10,771 nt of DNA from an uncultured Nitrososphaerota archaeon (GTDB taxonomy: Archaea > Thermoproteota > EX4484-205 > JAAOZO01). The position numbers were made by a program, and so were the translations under genes. The notes below the pieces were generated by a model. That model ran no database searches, was not told the DNA's origin, and saw only the letters and a list, made by a program, of their open reading frames with translations. The stretch is taken from positions 1-10,771 of the forward strand of contig CAYOYV010000024.1 in NCBI GenBank assembly GCA_964408285.1. The letters are read 5' to 3'. This document shows, piece after piece, positions 1 to 8,713 of this stretch. Each line of letters starts with the position of its first letter. Position 1 is the first letter of the stretch.

Positions 1-974
1 ACAAAATGGGACTCTCTGAATTCCCTCAATGGCGGAATATCCTTCTGGCAGACCTCACTGGCATACGGACACCTTGGGTGAAATCTGCAACCTTTTGGAA
101 TATCGATTGAGGAAGGAATCTCTCCCCTTGCCCTCACCGCCGTTTTCTCCTCTCGATCGAGCCTTGGAGTCGACTCAAGAAGAAGCTGGGTGTAGGGGTG
201 ATAGGGTTTTGACATCAGTTCGGATGTGCGAGCAAGCTCGAAAATCAGTCCGAGGTACATCACCGCAACTCTGTCACTCACATACGTCGTCACGTTAAGG
301 TCATGGGTAATGAAAAGGTAGGACAAGTGGAAGTCCGATGCAAGTTCTTGCATCAGATTGAGGACTCCCGCCCTCACGGATACGTCCAGCATCGAAACTG
401 GCTCATCTGCGACTATGAACTCCGGATTCGTGGCGACAGCTCTTGCAATCGCTACCCTCTGTCTTTCCCCGCCGCTCAGTTGATGAGGGTACTTATACAG
501 AATCTCGGCGTAATTGAGGCCGACCTTCTGCAGAAGCGATGAAGCGATGTCCTCTTTCTCCGACCTGTTCTTGGCCTTCCCGAATACAGAAAGCGGAAGA
601 CTGATTTGATCTAAAACGGTCCCTCTTGGGTTCAAGGACTCGTACGGATCCTGAAAGATCATCTGGACTCTTTGTCTATAGTCCTTGAGATCGTCACGAC
701 TCATGCCAAAAACGTCATTGCCCCTGAACGTAATCGATCCGCTCGTAGGCGGGGTGAGCCTAGCTATCACTCTTCCGGTGGTTGTCTTTCCGCTTCCGCT
801 CTCACCGACTAGAGCCACCGTCTCTTCTCTATATATGTCCAAGGATATCCCGTCGACAGCTCTCACGAATCGCTTCTTCGCGAAAGGATTGAACGTTCTT
901 GAGACTGGGAAATGGACAACGAGACTATTAACCGATAAGAGTGGGCCACCGTTTGTTCCTTCAGCCGATTGCAT
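1..974 (-). CDS. oppF: Oligopeptide/dipeptide-family ABC transporter ATP-binding subunit (OppF/DppF-like), 3' end runs off the left edge
   Basis: Not in the ORF track (no stop inside the window); translated by hand: MQSAEGTNGGPLLSVNSLVVHF...VRAVDGISL...GESGSGKTT (Walker A)...QMIFQDPY (Q-loop)...YPHQLSGGERQRVAIARA (signature)...FIVADEPVSMLD (Walker B)...FITHDL (H-loop)...HPYT...GCRFHPRCPYASEVC. ATG at 974 has AGGTGA 8 nt upstream; an alternative in-frame GTG at 986 overlaps the oppD stop. Confidence 0.95.
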   Translation of the reverse strand, partial: MQSAEGTNGGPLLSVNSLVVHFPVSRTFNPFAKKRFVRAVDGISLDIYREETVALVGESGSGKTTTGRVIARLTPPTSGSITFRGNDVFGMSRDDLKDYRQRVQMIFQDPYESLNPRGTVLDQISLPLSVFGKAKNRSEKEDIASSLLQKVGLNYAEILYKYPHQLSGGERQRVAIARAVATNPEFIVADEPVSMLDVSVRAGVLNLMQELASDFHLSYLFITHDLNVTTYVSDRVAVMYLGLIFELARTSELMSKPYHPYTQLLLESTPRLDREEKTAVRARGEIPSSIDIPKGCRFHPRCPYASEVCQKDIPPLREFRESHF

Positions 975-982
975 CCGAATAA

Positions 983-1951
983 TCACCTGTTCCAGAGATG
1001 ACATGCCACTTGTCTCCCCTCTCGAGGGGACAGAAGCTTCGGGTCATCTACGGCGCATCTCTCGAAAGCATACCTGCATCTCGGCCTGAACCGACACCCG
1101 GCTGGGATGTCGGCAAGATCAGGTGGGGCCCCCGGTATTGACCAAAGCTTCTTCCCTGGCGTGGCAATTCCAGTCAGGGATTCGAGAAGCCCTTCAGTAT
1201 AGGGATGAAGAGGCTCCTTGTAGAGAATGCCAGTGCGGGAGACTTCTACTATCCTGCCAGCATACATTATGCAGATCCTGTCACTGAATTCGGAAAGTGC
1301 TACAAGATCATGAGTGATGAAAATCATGGAAAGGCCCAACCTTTTCTGCATATCGATCATCAGATCTAGGATCTGCCTCTGGACAACGACATCGAGAGCA
1401 GTAGTGGGTTCGTCAGCGATAAGGAGATCAGGATTAAGGGAGAGGGCCATCGCTATGACGGCTCGTTGGCGCATCCCTCCGCTGAACTCGTGAGGATAGT
1501 CCATCACTCTAGATGGATCTATTCCAACATCCCGGAACAGCCTATCGACTCTTCTTCGAACCTCATCTTCAGTGCAGTCTTCGTGGGAGGTTATCGCTTC
1601 CCTCACCTGAGATCCGACAGAATACACCGGGTTCAGGCTGTTCATCGCCCCTTGGAATATCATTGATATCTTCTTCCATCGAAACTGCCGCAACTCCTCC
1701 TCTTCTAACGACAAAAGGTCGACACGCCCGTCGAATGTTATCTTCCCGCTTCTTATGCGGCCAGGAGGTTTGATCAGTCTCATGATCGCCAGGCCGGCGG
1801 TGGTTTTTCCGCACCCTGACTCGCCGGCCAATCCGACTATTTCCCCCTTTGCCACCTGCAGGCTAATTCCATCTACGGCCCTGACCTCTCCGCGTCTTGC
1901 CGCAAAGCTCACTTTGAGATCGGACAGTTCGAGGAGCGGCGTTGCCATCAT
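983..1951 (-). CDS. oppD: Oligopeptide/dipeptide-family ABC transporter ATP-binding subunit (OppD/DppD-like)
   Basis: GESGCGKTT Walker A, MIFQGAMNSLNP, YPHEFSGGMRQR signature, LLIADEPTTALD Walker B, FITHDL, C-terminal HPYT...CRFRPRC...C...ACH domain. ATGA overlap with the oppC stop; start may be 1951 or 1948. Confidence 0.96.
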   Translation of the reverse strand: MMATPLLELSDLKVSFAARRGEVRAVDGISLQVAKGEIVGLAGESGCGKTTAGLAIMRLIKPPGRIRSGKITFDGRVDLLSLEEEELRQFRWKKISMIFQGAMNSLNPVYSVGSQVREAITSHEDCTEDEVRRRVDRLFRDVGIDPSRVMDYPHEFSGGMRQRAVIAMALSLNPDLLIADEPTTALDVVVQRQILDLMIDMQKRLGLSMIFITHDLVALSEFSDRICIMYAGRIVEVSRTGILYKEPLHPYTEGLLESLTGIATPGKKLWSIPGAPPDLADIPAGCRFRPRCRYAFERCAVDDPKLLSPREGRQVACHLWNR

Positions 1952-2850
1952 GTGGATCTCAGCCTCGGATCTGATATTTCAGAAATGGCTGAACCGATGA
2001 ATGTGATTCCAAGACCGATTAGGGCAATAGTCAGTCCCGGGGCCAAAATCCATGCCCAACCATTGTTATAGAAAGCGCCTTCTATCTGGGCGAAATACAG
2101 GATTGTTCCCCAGCTCATATGGAACGGGTCTCCCAGCCCTAGGAAGCTCAATGATGCTTCGCCCAGTATCGCTCCTATGATCGAGAGAACTCCATTGGCT
2201 ACAATTAAAGGAGCCACATTGGGAAATATGATCTCGACGATTATCCTAGGGTCACTCGCACCTGAAACCCTTGCGGCATCTACGAACGGCCTGCTCCGTA
2301 GAGACAATGTCTGGGACCTGACCATGCGAGCCATCGATGGCCACCCAAAGACCGAGAGTACGAGTATTATGTTCCACATGCTTTGACCCAACATCGTGGC
2401 AACCCATATCATCAAAGGAAGACTGGGCAGGACCATCAACTCGTCAGTGAAGCGCATCAGGAGGTCATCTATCAGGCCCCCATAATAGCCAGAGATCAGC
2501 CCAATCAAGGACCCAATTAGTACGACGGCGGACGCAACGGCGAATCCGACGAACAGTGAGGTCTGCGCCCCCCAAAGGTACTGACTAAGGAGATCTCTGC
2601 CTATTCCATCTGTTCCCAGTGGGTGCTCTCTTGAAGGCTGCAGATATGGGGGAGCAATCATTTTGTAGGGATCATATGGCGAGAGAACAGGCGCTAGAAG
2701 CGAGATCAATATGAATCCCCCCAAGACCATGACTCCAATCTTTCCTCTTCTGTGCTGCCAGATGTCGGAAAGCAGTTGGGAAATCCCAGCTCCAAGGATG
2801 ATTCCGATGAACTGCGATCGCGGTTTCGGTGCCATCTGAATAAACATCAC
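1948..2850 (-). CDS. oppC: Oligopeptide/dipeptide-family ABC transporter permease (OppC/DppC-like)
   Basis: PYDP...PSREHPLGTDGIGRDLLS N-terminal motif, several hydrophobic helices, EAA-like loop RPFVDAARVSGAS, LSFLGLG...SWGTIL, C-terminal DPR. Start uncertain (2850 GTG, 2847 or 2835 ATG). Confidence 0.95.
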   Translation of the reverse strand: MMFIQMAPKPRSQFIGIILGAGISQLLSDIWQHRRGKIGVMVLGGFILISLLAPVLSPYDPYKMIAPPYLQPSREHPLGTDGIGRDLLSQYLWGAQTSLFVGFAVASAVVLIGSLIGLISGYYGGLIDDLLMRFTDELMVLPSLPLMIWVATMLGQSMWNIILVLSVFGWPSMARMVRSQTLSLRSRPFVDAARVSGASDPRIIVEIIFPNVAPLIVANGVLSIIGAILGEASLSFLGLGDPFHMSWGTILYFAQIEGAFYNNGWAWILAPGLTIALIGLGITFIGSAISEISDPRLRST

Positions 2851-2851
2851 G

Positions 2852-3859
2852 TCAATACTTTATTCTTGGGTCAAGAAAGGTATACAGCAAGTCAGCGACG
2901 TACGTTGAGAGGATTACCGTGAAGGCCAACACGAAAAAGCACCCCTGTATGAGAGGGTAGTCCAAGCCTGTAATAGCACCGAATATCAGAAGGCCTACGC
3001 CAGGATATGTGAAGACAGTTTCAGCGAGAATTGTGCCTCCAACCATGAACCCAAGTCTGAGCGTGAAAAGGGTCATGACAGGCAACATGGCGTTTCTGCC
3101 GGCATGCTTCACCACGATGTCTGCCTTCCTGACGCCTTTCGCTTCCGCCGTCAGAATGTAATCCTCGCCCAACGTTGAAGCCATGCTATCTCTCATTATC
3201 AAAGTATAGCTGGCGAAACTTCCTACAGTGAGGGTCATTATTGGCAAGATGGCGTGGTACAGGGCATCAATGACAAACGGAAGATCGAATTGCCTGTGGA
3301 TCAAGCTGGGGGAAGTCGCTCCTGAGAATGGAAACAGACGGAGGAAAACCCCAAAAACCAGAACTAAGATCATCGCAACCCAGAAATAGGGCACACTAAG
3401 GAGAAAAACTGATACAGAAGATATGATCGTCTCAAGCTTCGATCCTCTGTACCATGCACATATCATTCCCAGAGTCACACCTAGGGCCGCGGTAACAAGG
3501 GCAGAGGTCCCTACAAGAAAAATCGTCCACGGCAAGGCATTTGCCAGAAGAGACCACACTGTGGCAGGATGGAAGTTATAGGATAGCCCGAAATCCGGGG
3601 GAAACGTGAGCATTACATTCTTTATGTATAGCATGAATTGCGTCTCGATAGGTTTGTCAAGCCCGAATCTGGCAGTCAGTTCCGCAACGACTGGGCCAGG
3701 CAGTCTGTATTGAGATGCGAACATGTCGACTGGGCTTCCTGGCATCAACCTAGGCACTATGAATATCAGCACCACTGCAATGAAAAAGGTGAGGGCGGCA
3801 TTGGCCGTCCTCCTCAATAGGTACCTTGCCGTGAGCATCGTTTTGTCTGTCCGTCTCAC
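2852..3859 (-). CDS. oppB: Oligopeptide/dipeptide-family ABC transporter permease (OppB/DppB-like)
   Basis: YLLRR...PRLMPGSP...FGLDKP...DFGLS, EAA loop EDYILTAEAKG...KHAGRNA, ETVFTYPGVG, DYPLIQG, DLLYTFLDPRI. GTG at 3859 overlaps the oppA TGA; ATG at 3838 is an alternative start. Confidence 0.95.
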   Translation of the reverse strand: MRRTDKTMLTARYLLRRTANAALTFFIAVVLIFIVPRLMPGSPVDMFASQYRLPGPVVAELTARFGLDKPIETQFMLYIKNVMLTFPPDFGLSYNFHPATVWSLLANALPWTIFLVGTSALVTAALGVTLGMICAWYRGSKLETIISSVSVFLLSVPYFWVAMILVLVFGVFLRLFPFSGATSPSLIHRQFDLPFVIDALYHAILPIMTLTVGSFASYTLIMRDSMASTLGEDYILTAEAKGVRKADIVVKHAGRNAMLPVMTLFTLRLGFMVGGTILAETVFTYPGVGLLIFGAITGLDYPLIQGCFFVLAFTVILSTYVADLLYTFLDPRIKY

Positions 3860-5700
3860 TTTCTCTGAGTTAGGAAGTATAGCGCTGCCAAGACAACGAT
3901 GATGACGACTGCCCCGGCCACATAAAGCATCGTATTGTCTGGTGGAGGAGGTGGGGGTTTGGCTTCGTAACTTGGAAGGTGAATCGAAGTCGCAAGAGCT
4001 GCCATCGGAAACATGAATCCCTGCGAGGCATAGACATCGTATCCTTCGAAGGTGTCAGTTCTCCTGGACCAGAGTGATTGCGTATAGTAGAGAGTGAAAT
4101 ATGGAAGCTCGTCTGCCACGATTCTTTGTGCCTCCCCATAATACCTGAACTGATCCTGGTATGTTGATGCCCTTCTTGCATCCCCAATTGCCTTTGTCTG
4201 AGCCGCGCTTGCCCATCTGCACCAGTCATGATACCCCTGATAGCCAGGAGTGTTGCCTGAATGCACACCGACAGGAGCAATCTGTCCCGGATCCACCCTG
4301 AAGATGTTGATTATGAAATCTGGGAAAGTCGGTCTGTTGGTGATCAAAACAGAGAATTCGTACGTCCCTGTGTACCATGCATTCGTCATGCTGGCCGAAG
4401 CTAGGACTTGCGACTGCACATTTATGCCTGCTTCCTTCAGATTCTGATCTATGATTGCCAATATGACGGTGGATGCTCCTCTTGCTCTGGTGGTTGCGAC
4501 TGGTTTCCATGCGGTTCCATTGGGGAATTGGTAGAAACCGTCAGCTCCCTTGACAAATCCAGCCTTCTCCAGCAGTCTCTTGGCTTCTGTTACGTTCCTC
4601 TTCCATGGACCCAAGTCAGAGGGGACCCATGTCTTCAGATCCGCGGGGAAACCTCCAGGACTTGCCACTGCTCCATAGCCTCCCAACGCGTAGTCGACGA
4701 TCGCCTGTGTATCAATTGCGAGAGAGATAGCTTTCCTGACCAACTTGTTGTCATATGGTGGCCTTAGGCAGTTGAAAAGGACGAGCGCTGCGCCGACCTC
4801 CTGGTCTCCAACGAACTGCTGGCTTGGGTAGATGTCTATGGTCATGTTCTCCTGTGAGAGGATCGCGGGCACCATTGTCCCACTTGGCAACCTGACTAGG
4901 TCAACCTGCTTCGTCTGGAGAAGACCTGGTATGTTGGCATCTGGATTGAGAAGTATGATCGTGATGTTCTGCAGATGGGGCTTTGGTCCCCAATAATTGG
5001 TGTTCCTCACGAGGTGAACTACCATATCACCTGGCTTGAAATTAACGATTTGGAATGGTCCAGTACCTATCGTGAAGCTCTTGTTTATGCCCTCCGTCCC
5101 GGTCTGAGCGGCGACTGTTTTGAACTCGTGCTTTGGCAGTATCCACATGTATGTCAGGAAATATTCGAGCCAAGAACTGAACGGTTCCTTGAGAGTGAAT
5201 CTAACAGCGGTCGCGTTAACCATCTCTGCTTTCTCCACGTACGGACTTATGCCGAATTCGTCGAACTGAACCTGGGACCTATATACGTCCCATGTGAAGA
5301 GCACATCAGATGCATTGAATGCCACGCCATCGGACCATTTCACATTTTCCCTGAGCTTGATCGTATATACCCGACCATCTGGAGATATCGTCCATTGTGT
5401 GGCTAGCAAGGGCACGCGTGTCCCATTTGGAAGAGTGGCTGCGAGACTCTGAAATGCAAGGTCGTATATGATGTCCCTAGCTTCAACGCTGATTGGATTG
5501 GTGACACCTGCAACATAGAGTTTGATCGTCATCAACGGCGCATTTGCTGCGTTCGGTAATCCGACTTTAAGTTCTCCACCTTCGTCGAATACTTTTTCTG
5601 CTTTTGTAGGCAGGTAAGGCCATAGTACTAGCATAGATGTTAGTGCGAATATAGCGATAGCGATTGCTAAGGTCCTGCTCATTGGCTTAGTTTTCCACAA
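3856..5700 (-). CDS. oppA: Family 5 (OppA/DppA-like) ABC solute-binding protein, archaeal type with N-terminal signal peptide and C-terminal membrane anchor
   Basis: PLLATQWTISPDGRVYTIKLRENVKWSDG..FNASDVLFT family 5 signature, IGTGPF, VRKAISLAID, EAKRLLEKAGF, AQRIVADELPY. Basic/hydrophobic N-terminus ending in PTKA; C-terminal PPPPPP linker, TM helix and RK. TTG start preceded by GGTG (7 nt gap) and a TATA box; ATG at 5682 is an alternative. Confidence 0.93.
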   Translation of the reverse strand: MWKTKPMSRTLAIAIAIFALTSMLVLWPYLPTKAEKVFDEGGELKVGLPNAANAPLMTIKLYVAGVTNPISVEARDIIYDLAFQSLAATLPNGTRVPLLATQWTISPDGRVYTIKLRENVKWSDGVAFNASDVLFTWDVYRSQVQFDEFGISPYVEKAEMVNATAVRFTLKEPFSSWLEYFLTYMWILPKHEFKTVAAQTGTEGINKSFTIGTGPFQIVNFKPGDMVVHLVRNTNYWGPKPHLQNITIILLNPDANIPGLLQTKQVDLVRLPSGTMVPAILSQENMTIDIYPSQQFVGDQEVGAALVLFNCLRPPYDNKLVRKAISLAIDTQAIVDYALGGYGAVASPGGFPADLKTWVPSDLGPWKRNVTEAKRLLEKAGFVKGADGFYQFPNGTAWKPVATTRARGASTVILAIIDQNLKEAGINVQSQVLASASMTNAWYTGTYEFSVLITNRPTFPDFIINIFRVDPGQIAPVGVHSGNTPGYQGYHDWCRWASAAQTKAIGDARRASTYQDQFRYYGEAQRIVADELPYFTLYYTQSLWSRRTDTFEGYDVYASQGFMFPMAALATSIHLPSYEAKPPPPPPDNTMLYVAGAVVIIVVLAALYFLTQRK

Positions 5701-5707
5701 TTTTCTG

Positions 5708-5743
5708 CACCAAAGGCATTTGGGGTTTTCTTGATATTTAAGG
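5708..5743 (-). promoter_or_regulatory. Archaeal-type promoter (TATA CCTTAAATAT, 5743..5734) and GGTG ribosome-binding/leader motif (5711..5708) for the opp operon
   Basis: Minus strand reads CCTTAAATATcaagaaaaccccaaatgcctttGGTGcagaaaaTTG; the 10-mer ends 33 nt before the start codon. Confidence 0.7.
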
Positions 5744-5790
5744 ATTCAAGAAATGTTCGTCCATGATGGGAGCCGTGGACATCATTAGTA

Positions 5791-5819
5791 GCTGTTATTT
5801 CCCATATAGGAATCACAGC
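5791..5819. promoter_or_regulatory. Imperfect inverted repeat in the divergent promoter region (candidate operator or hairpin)
   Basis: GCTGT-tat-TTCCCATATAGGAA-tc-ACAGC: 14-nt core with 6 of 7 symmetric pairs, plus 5-bp outer arms. Confidence 0.3.
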
Positions 5820-5880
5820 AAGGATCCCGCGCGAGACGATTCAGATAAAGCGGCATGGAACGCGATCGGTTGAGAGCTAC

Positions 5881-5889
5881 TCTTATATG
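5881..5889 (+). promoter_or_regulatory. TATA box for the DUF4838 gene, probably leaderless transcript
   Basis: TCTTATATG ends 25 nt before ATG 5915; no SD motif in between. The same 9-mer precedes the next gene. Confidence 0.65.
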
Positions 5890-5914
5890 ATATCGAAGTG
5901 GCAAGCAAACCGAG

Positions 5915-7615
5915 ATGAAACCACTAGTTCTAGCCAGGAACAGCAAGAGCGACTACAGGATGATTGTATCGAAATCCTGCTCCTCATCGGAGGATCATGG
6001 CGCCAATGAGCTGAGGCATTATCTGAGTCTCGTATCTGGTGCTCGTTTCGATGTTGCCAATGATGAGGTGCAACAGGCCGACAAGGAGATCCTAATAGGA
6101 AAAAGCAAACATCTGGACCATCTCAACCTCGACATCGATTACTCAAGACTTGGACAGGAAGGATTCATTGTCAAGACATATCGTGATTATCTGGTGATCG
6201 CCGGAGGAAGGCTTAGGGGAACGATGTATGGAGTATATACATTCCTTCAGAAATATGTCGGCTGCAAGTGGCTTTCATCTCAGGTGAGCAGAATTCCAAG
6301 ACTGAATGAAATCATCCTGGGTCAGATTGACGACATTGAGGTGCCGCATCTGGAATACAGAGATGTGCATTACACCGATGCATTTGATGCCGATTGGTCC
6401 GCTAGGAACAAGGTGAATGGCGCTTTCTCGAAGTTGGATCGAGCAAGAGGAGGAAAAGTGAGCTATTTCCCGTTCGTTCATAGCTTTGACAAGCTCATTC
6501 CAAGCGAGTTGTATGAGAAACATCCTGAATACTTTCCTCTCATAGAAGGCAAGCGACTCAGTGGTTACGTGCAAAGATGCCTGAGCAACCCTGAGGTAGT
6601 TGCATTTGCGAAGCAAAGAGTAGCAGGGTGGATTCAGGAACACCCAGAAGCAAAGATAATATCGGTTTCGCAGAACGACACTGGGAACTGGTGCAAGTGT
6701 CCGGATTGCAGCTCTCTTGACGATTCCGAGGGAAGTCCTTCCGCATCCGTATTGAGCTTCGTAAATCAAATCGCTGAGGAAATTGAGAGGCATCATCCAG
6801 ACAAGATCATGGACACTTTGGCATATCAGTACTCCAGAAAGCCACCAAGGACCATTAGGCCAAGGCATAACGTGATAGTGAGATTATGCACCATAGAGTG
6901 CTGCTTTGCGCACCCGCTTGATAGTTGTGACTCGGAACAGAATAAGAAGTTCACGCAAGACATCGAGGCGTGGTCAAGAATAGCTCCCAAGCTCTACATT
7001 TGGGATTACGTGACCAACTTCGCGAATTACGTGATGCCATTTCCGAATCTTCGCGTCCTTGGCCCAAACATCAAATTCTTCATGGAACACAACGTCAAAG
7101 GCATATTTGAGGAAGGCAACTACTCTGCGGGAGGGAAAGGGGAGTTCGCGGAATTGAGAGCCTATATTCTGGCCAAACTCCTATGGAATCCGGATAGTGA
7201 TGTTGACATCACTCTGAACGAGTTCCTGGACGGGTACTATCAGAATGCCTCCAAGCCGATAAAGGAATATATGGATTTACTACATGATCAAGTGGAAAGG
7301 CACAACTTGCATGTTTCTATATATTCGCCGTCCACCAGCGAATACCTCTCGGAGGATATCGTCTCAAAGGCGGATCAATTGCTCGCAGAAGGAGAGAGAA
7401 TGACAGAGGGCAGCGAATCGAGGATGAGAGCTAGGCTGGCTCATTTGCCAATACAGTACGTCATGATTGAAAGGCTCTACGTCAAGGGAGAAAGGAGAAG
7501 GGCTCTCCTCACAGACTTCCTCAACACAATCGAGAAAGCAGGGATTACAAATATCAGCGAGGGAATGACGGTCGAACAATACAAGATTAGGCTTGAGCAC
7601 CAGGAAAAGACTTAG
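5915..7615 (+). CDS. DUF4838 domain-containing protein with GH67/GH20-like N-terminal domain; putative cytoplasmic glycoside hydrolase
   Basis: N-terminal A.EL..YL..VSGA...EILIG...LGQEGFIVKT...LVIAGG..RGTMYGVY.FL...GC.W pattern typical of the N-domain of GH67/GH20/GH115-like proteins. Then P.LEYR, VHSF..LIP..LYEKHPEYFPL..GKR...QRCLSNPEV, SVSQND..NWCKCPDC, TLAYQYS..PP, LYIWDY, ELRAYILAKLLWNP as I recall from DUF4838 proteins. No signal peptide. Confidence 0.82.
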   Translation: MKPLVLARNSKSDYRMIVSKSCSSSEDHGANELRHYLSLVSGARFDVANDEVQQADKEILIGKSKHLDHLNLDIDYSRLGQEGFIVKTYRDYLVIAGGRLRGTMYGVYTFLQKYVGCKWLSSQVSRIPRLNEIILGQIDDIEVPHLEYRDVHYTDAFDADWSARNKVNGAFSKLDRARGGKVSYFPFVHSFDKLIPSELYEKHPEYFPLIEGKRLSGYVQRCLSNPEVVAFAKQRVAGWIQEHPEAKIISVSQNDTGNWCKCPDCSSLDDSEGSPSASVLSFVNQIAEEIERHHPDKIMDTLAYQYSRKPPRTIRPRHNVIVRLCTIECCFAHPLDSCDSEQNKKFTQDIEAWSRIAPKLYIWDYVTNFANYVMPFPNLRVLGPNIKFFMEHNVKGIFEEGNYSAGGKGEFAELRAYILAKLLWNPDSDVDITLNEFLDGYYQNASKPIKEYMDLLHDQVERHNLHVSIYSPSTSEYLSEDIVSKADQLLAEGERMTEGSESRMRARLAHLPIQYVMIERLYVKGERRRALLTDFLNTIEKAGITNISEGMTVEQYKIRLEHQEKT

Positions 7616-7826
7616 AAGAGCTCTCGCAGAATCTCTGGGCAATCCAATCCATCATTCTCAGCAGGGAGCCAAGATCCTACGTGTGTGAGAGAGCACTGTT
7701 TCTTAGTCGGAAAAAGTGAGTCGAGGCGCATCGAATCCTTTCAAAGTATCCGGAGAACCTACACGTGCACGTCTCTATCTTCGTTGACACCGCAGGCCTT
7801 TGCGTATTGACCCAAGCTCTTGTAAG

Positions 7827-7835
7827 TCTTATATG
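7827..7835 (+). promoter_or_regulatory. TATA box for the Hyi-family gene
   Basis: TCTTATATG, identical to 5881..5889, ends 29 nt before ATG 7865 (41 nt before ATG 7877). Confidence 0.6.
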
Positions 7836-7864
7836 CGCTCCTGACGGTACGCGTCCAAGATAGG

Positions 7865-8647
7865 ATGAGAGATGATATGACTAAGCTCTCGGCATGTATT
7901 GAGATGATCTTCAACGAAGTGCGCTTCATCGACAGAATAGCAAAGGTATCAGAGATCGGGATGCCCGCCTTCGAATTCTGGAATTGGAGCTCTAAGAATA
8001 TCAACGAGATCGATCGGGAGAGGCAGAAATACGGACTGAGGACAGCTGCTTTCGGCGTCGACATAAGAAAAAGCATTGTGGAGCAAGACGCGACGAGCTC
8101 GTTCCTCGAGGCAGTCGAACGTTCGATCGGGGTCGCCAAGCAATTAGGCTGTCAGACACTTATCACAACGACGGGCAATGAGTTGAAAGATGTTCCTCGT
8201 ATCCAACAGCATGCGAACATAGTTAGGAGTCTTGAGGGAGCGACAACTATTGCAGAAAAGGAGGGAGTTACGCTTGTGCTCGAACCTCTGAATGTTCTTG
8301 TGGACCACAAGGGCTACTATCTGTCATCGTCGTCGGAAGGATTTGAGATAATCAGGGAAGTTGGAAGTCCGAACGTCAAGCTGCTCTACGACATCTATCA
8401 TCAACAGATAATGGAGGGCAACTTGATATCGACAATAAGGAAGAACATCGATCTCATAGGGCACTTTCATGTTGCGGATGTCCCTGGCAGGCATGAGCCC
8501 GGCACTGGAGAGATCAACTATGCAAACGTGTTAAGGGCGATAAGCGACACTGGATATAACGGCTATGTTGGACTGGAATTCATGCCGACGAAGGATCCGA
8601 AGCAGGCACTGAAATACATCATCGATATTCGAGACAGCATCCAGTAG
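7865..8647 (+). CDS. Hydroxypyruvate isomerase (Hyi/OtnI) family protein, xylose isomerase-like TIM barrel
   Basis: KLSACIEMIF.E..F.DRI, AFEFW, VLEPLN..VDH.GY, VKLLYDIYHQQIMEGNL, IGHFHVADVPGRHEPGTGEINY, GY.GYVGLEF.P are hallmark Hyi-family motifs. Substrate cannot be assigned. Start 7865 or 7877. Confidence 0.9.
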   Translation: MRDDMTKLSACIEMIFNEVRFIDRIAKVSEIGMPAFEFWNWSSKNINEIDRERQKYGLRTAAFGVDIRKSIVEQDATSSFLEAVERSIGVAKQLGCQTLITTTGNELKDVPRIQQHANIVRSLEGATTIAEKEGVTLVLEPLNVLVDHKGYYLSSSSEGFEIIREVGSPNVKLLYDIYHQQIMEGNLISTIRKNIDLIGHFHVADVPGRHEPGTGEINYANVLRAISDTGYNGYVGLEFMPTKDPKQALKYIIDIRDSIQ

Positions 8648-8713
8648 CGTCCAGACGGCAGACAACCAAGGCGCCGATGCCAGGTCCGAATTCTGTTCGG
8701 GCATACGTCATGA

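Noticed and set aside
29-5406. Plus-strand ORFs (29..298, 303..542, 685..1089, 1466..1666, 1513..1773, 1755..2000, 2177..2386, 3638..3820, 4250..4447, 4408..4767, 4975..5406) and alternative-frame minus ORFs inside the opp operon
   Set aside because: They overlap well-supported ABC transporter genes and show no recognisable motifs; typical shadow ORFs.
7763-7804. 10-bp palindrome ACGTGCACGT (7763..7772) and small hairpin CGCAGG..TTTGCG upstream of the Hyi promoter
   Set aside because: Short, not noticed elsewhere in the window, and compatible with chance.
8684-8702. Hairpin GTCCGAA-TTCTG-TTCGGGC after the Hyi stop codon as a terminator
   Set aside because: Only 7 pairs including a G-T pair and no oligo-T tract; not enough support.
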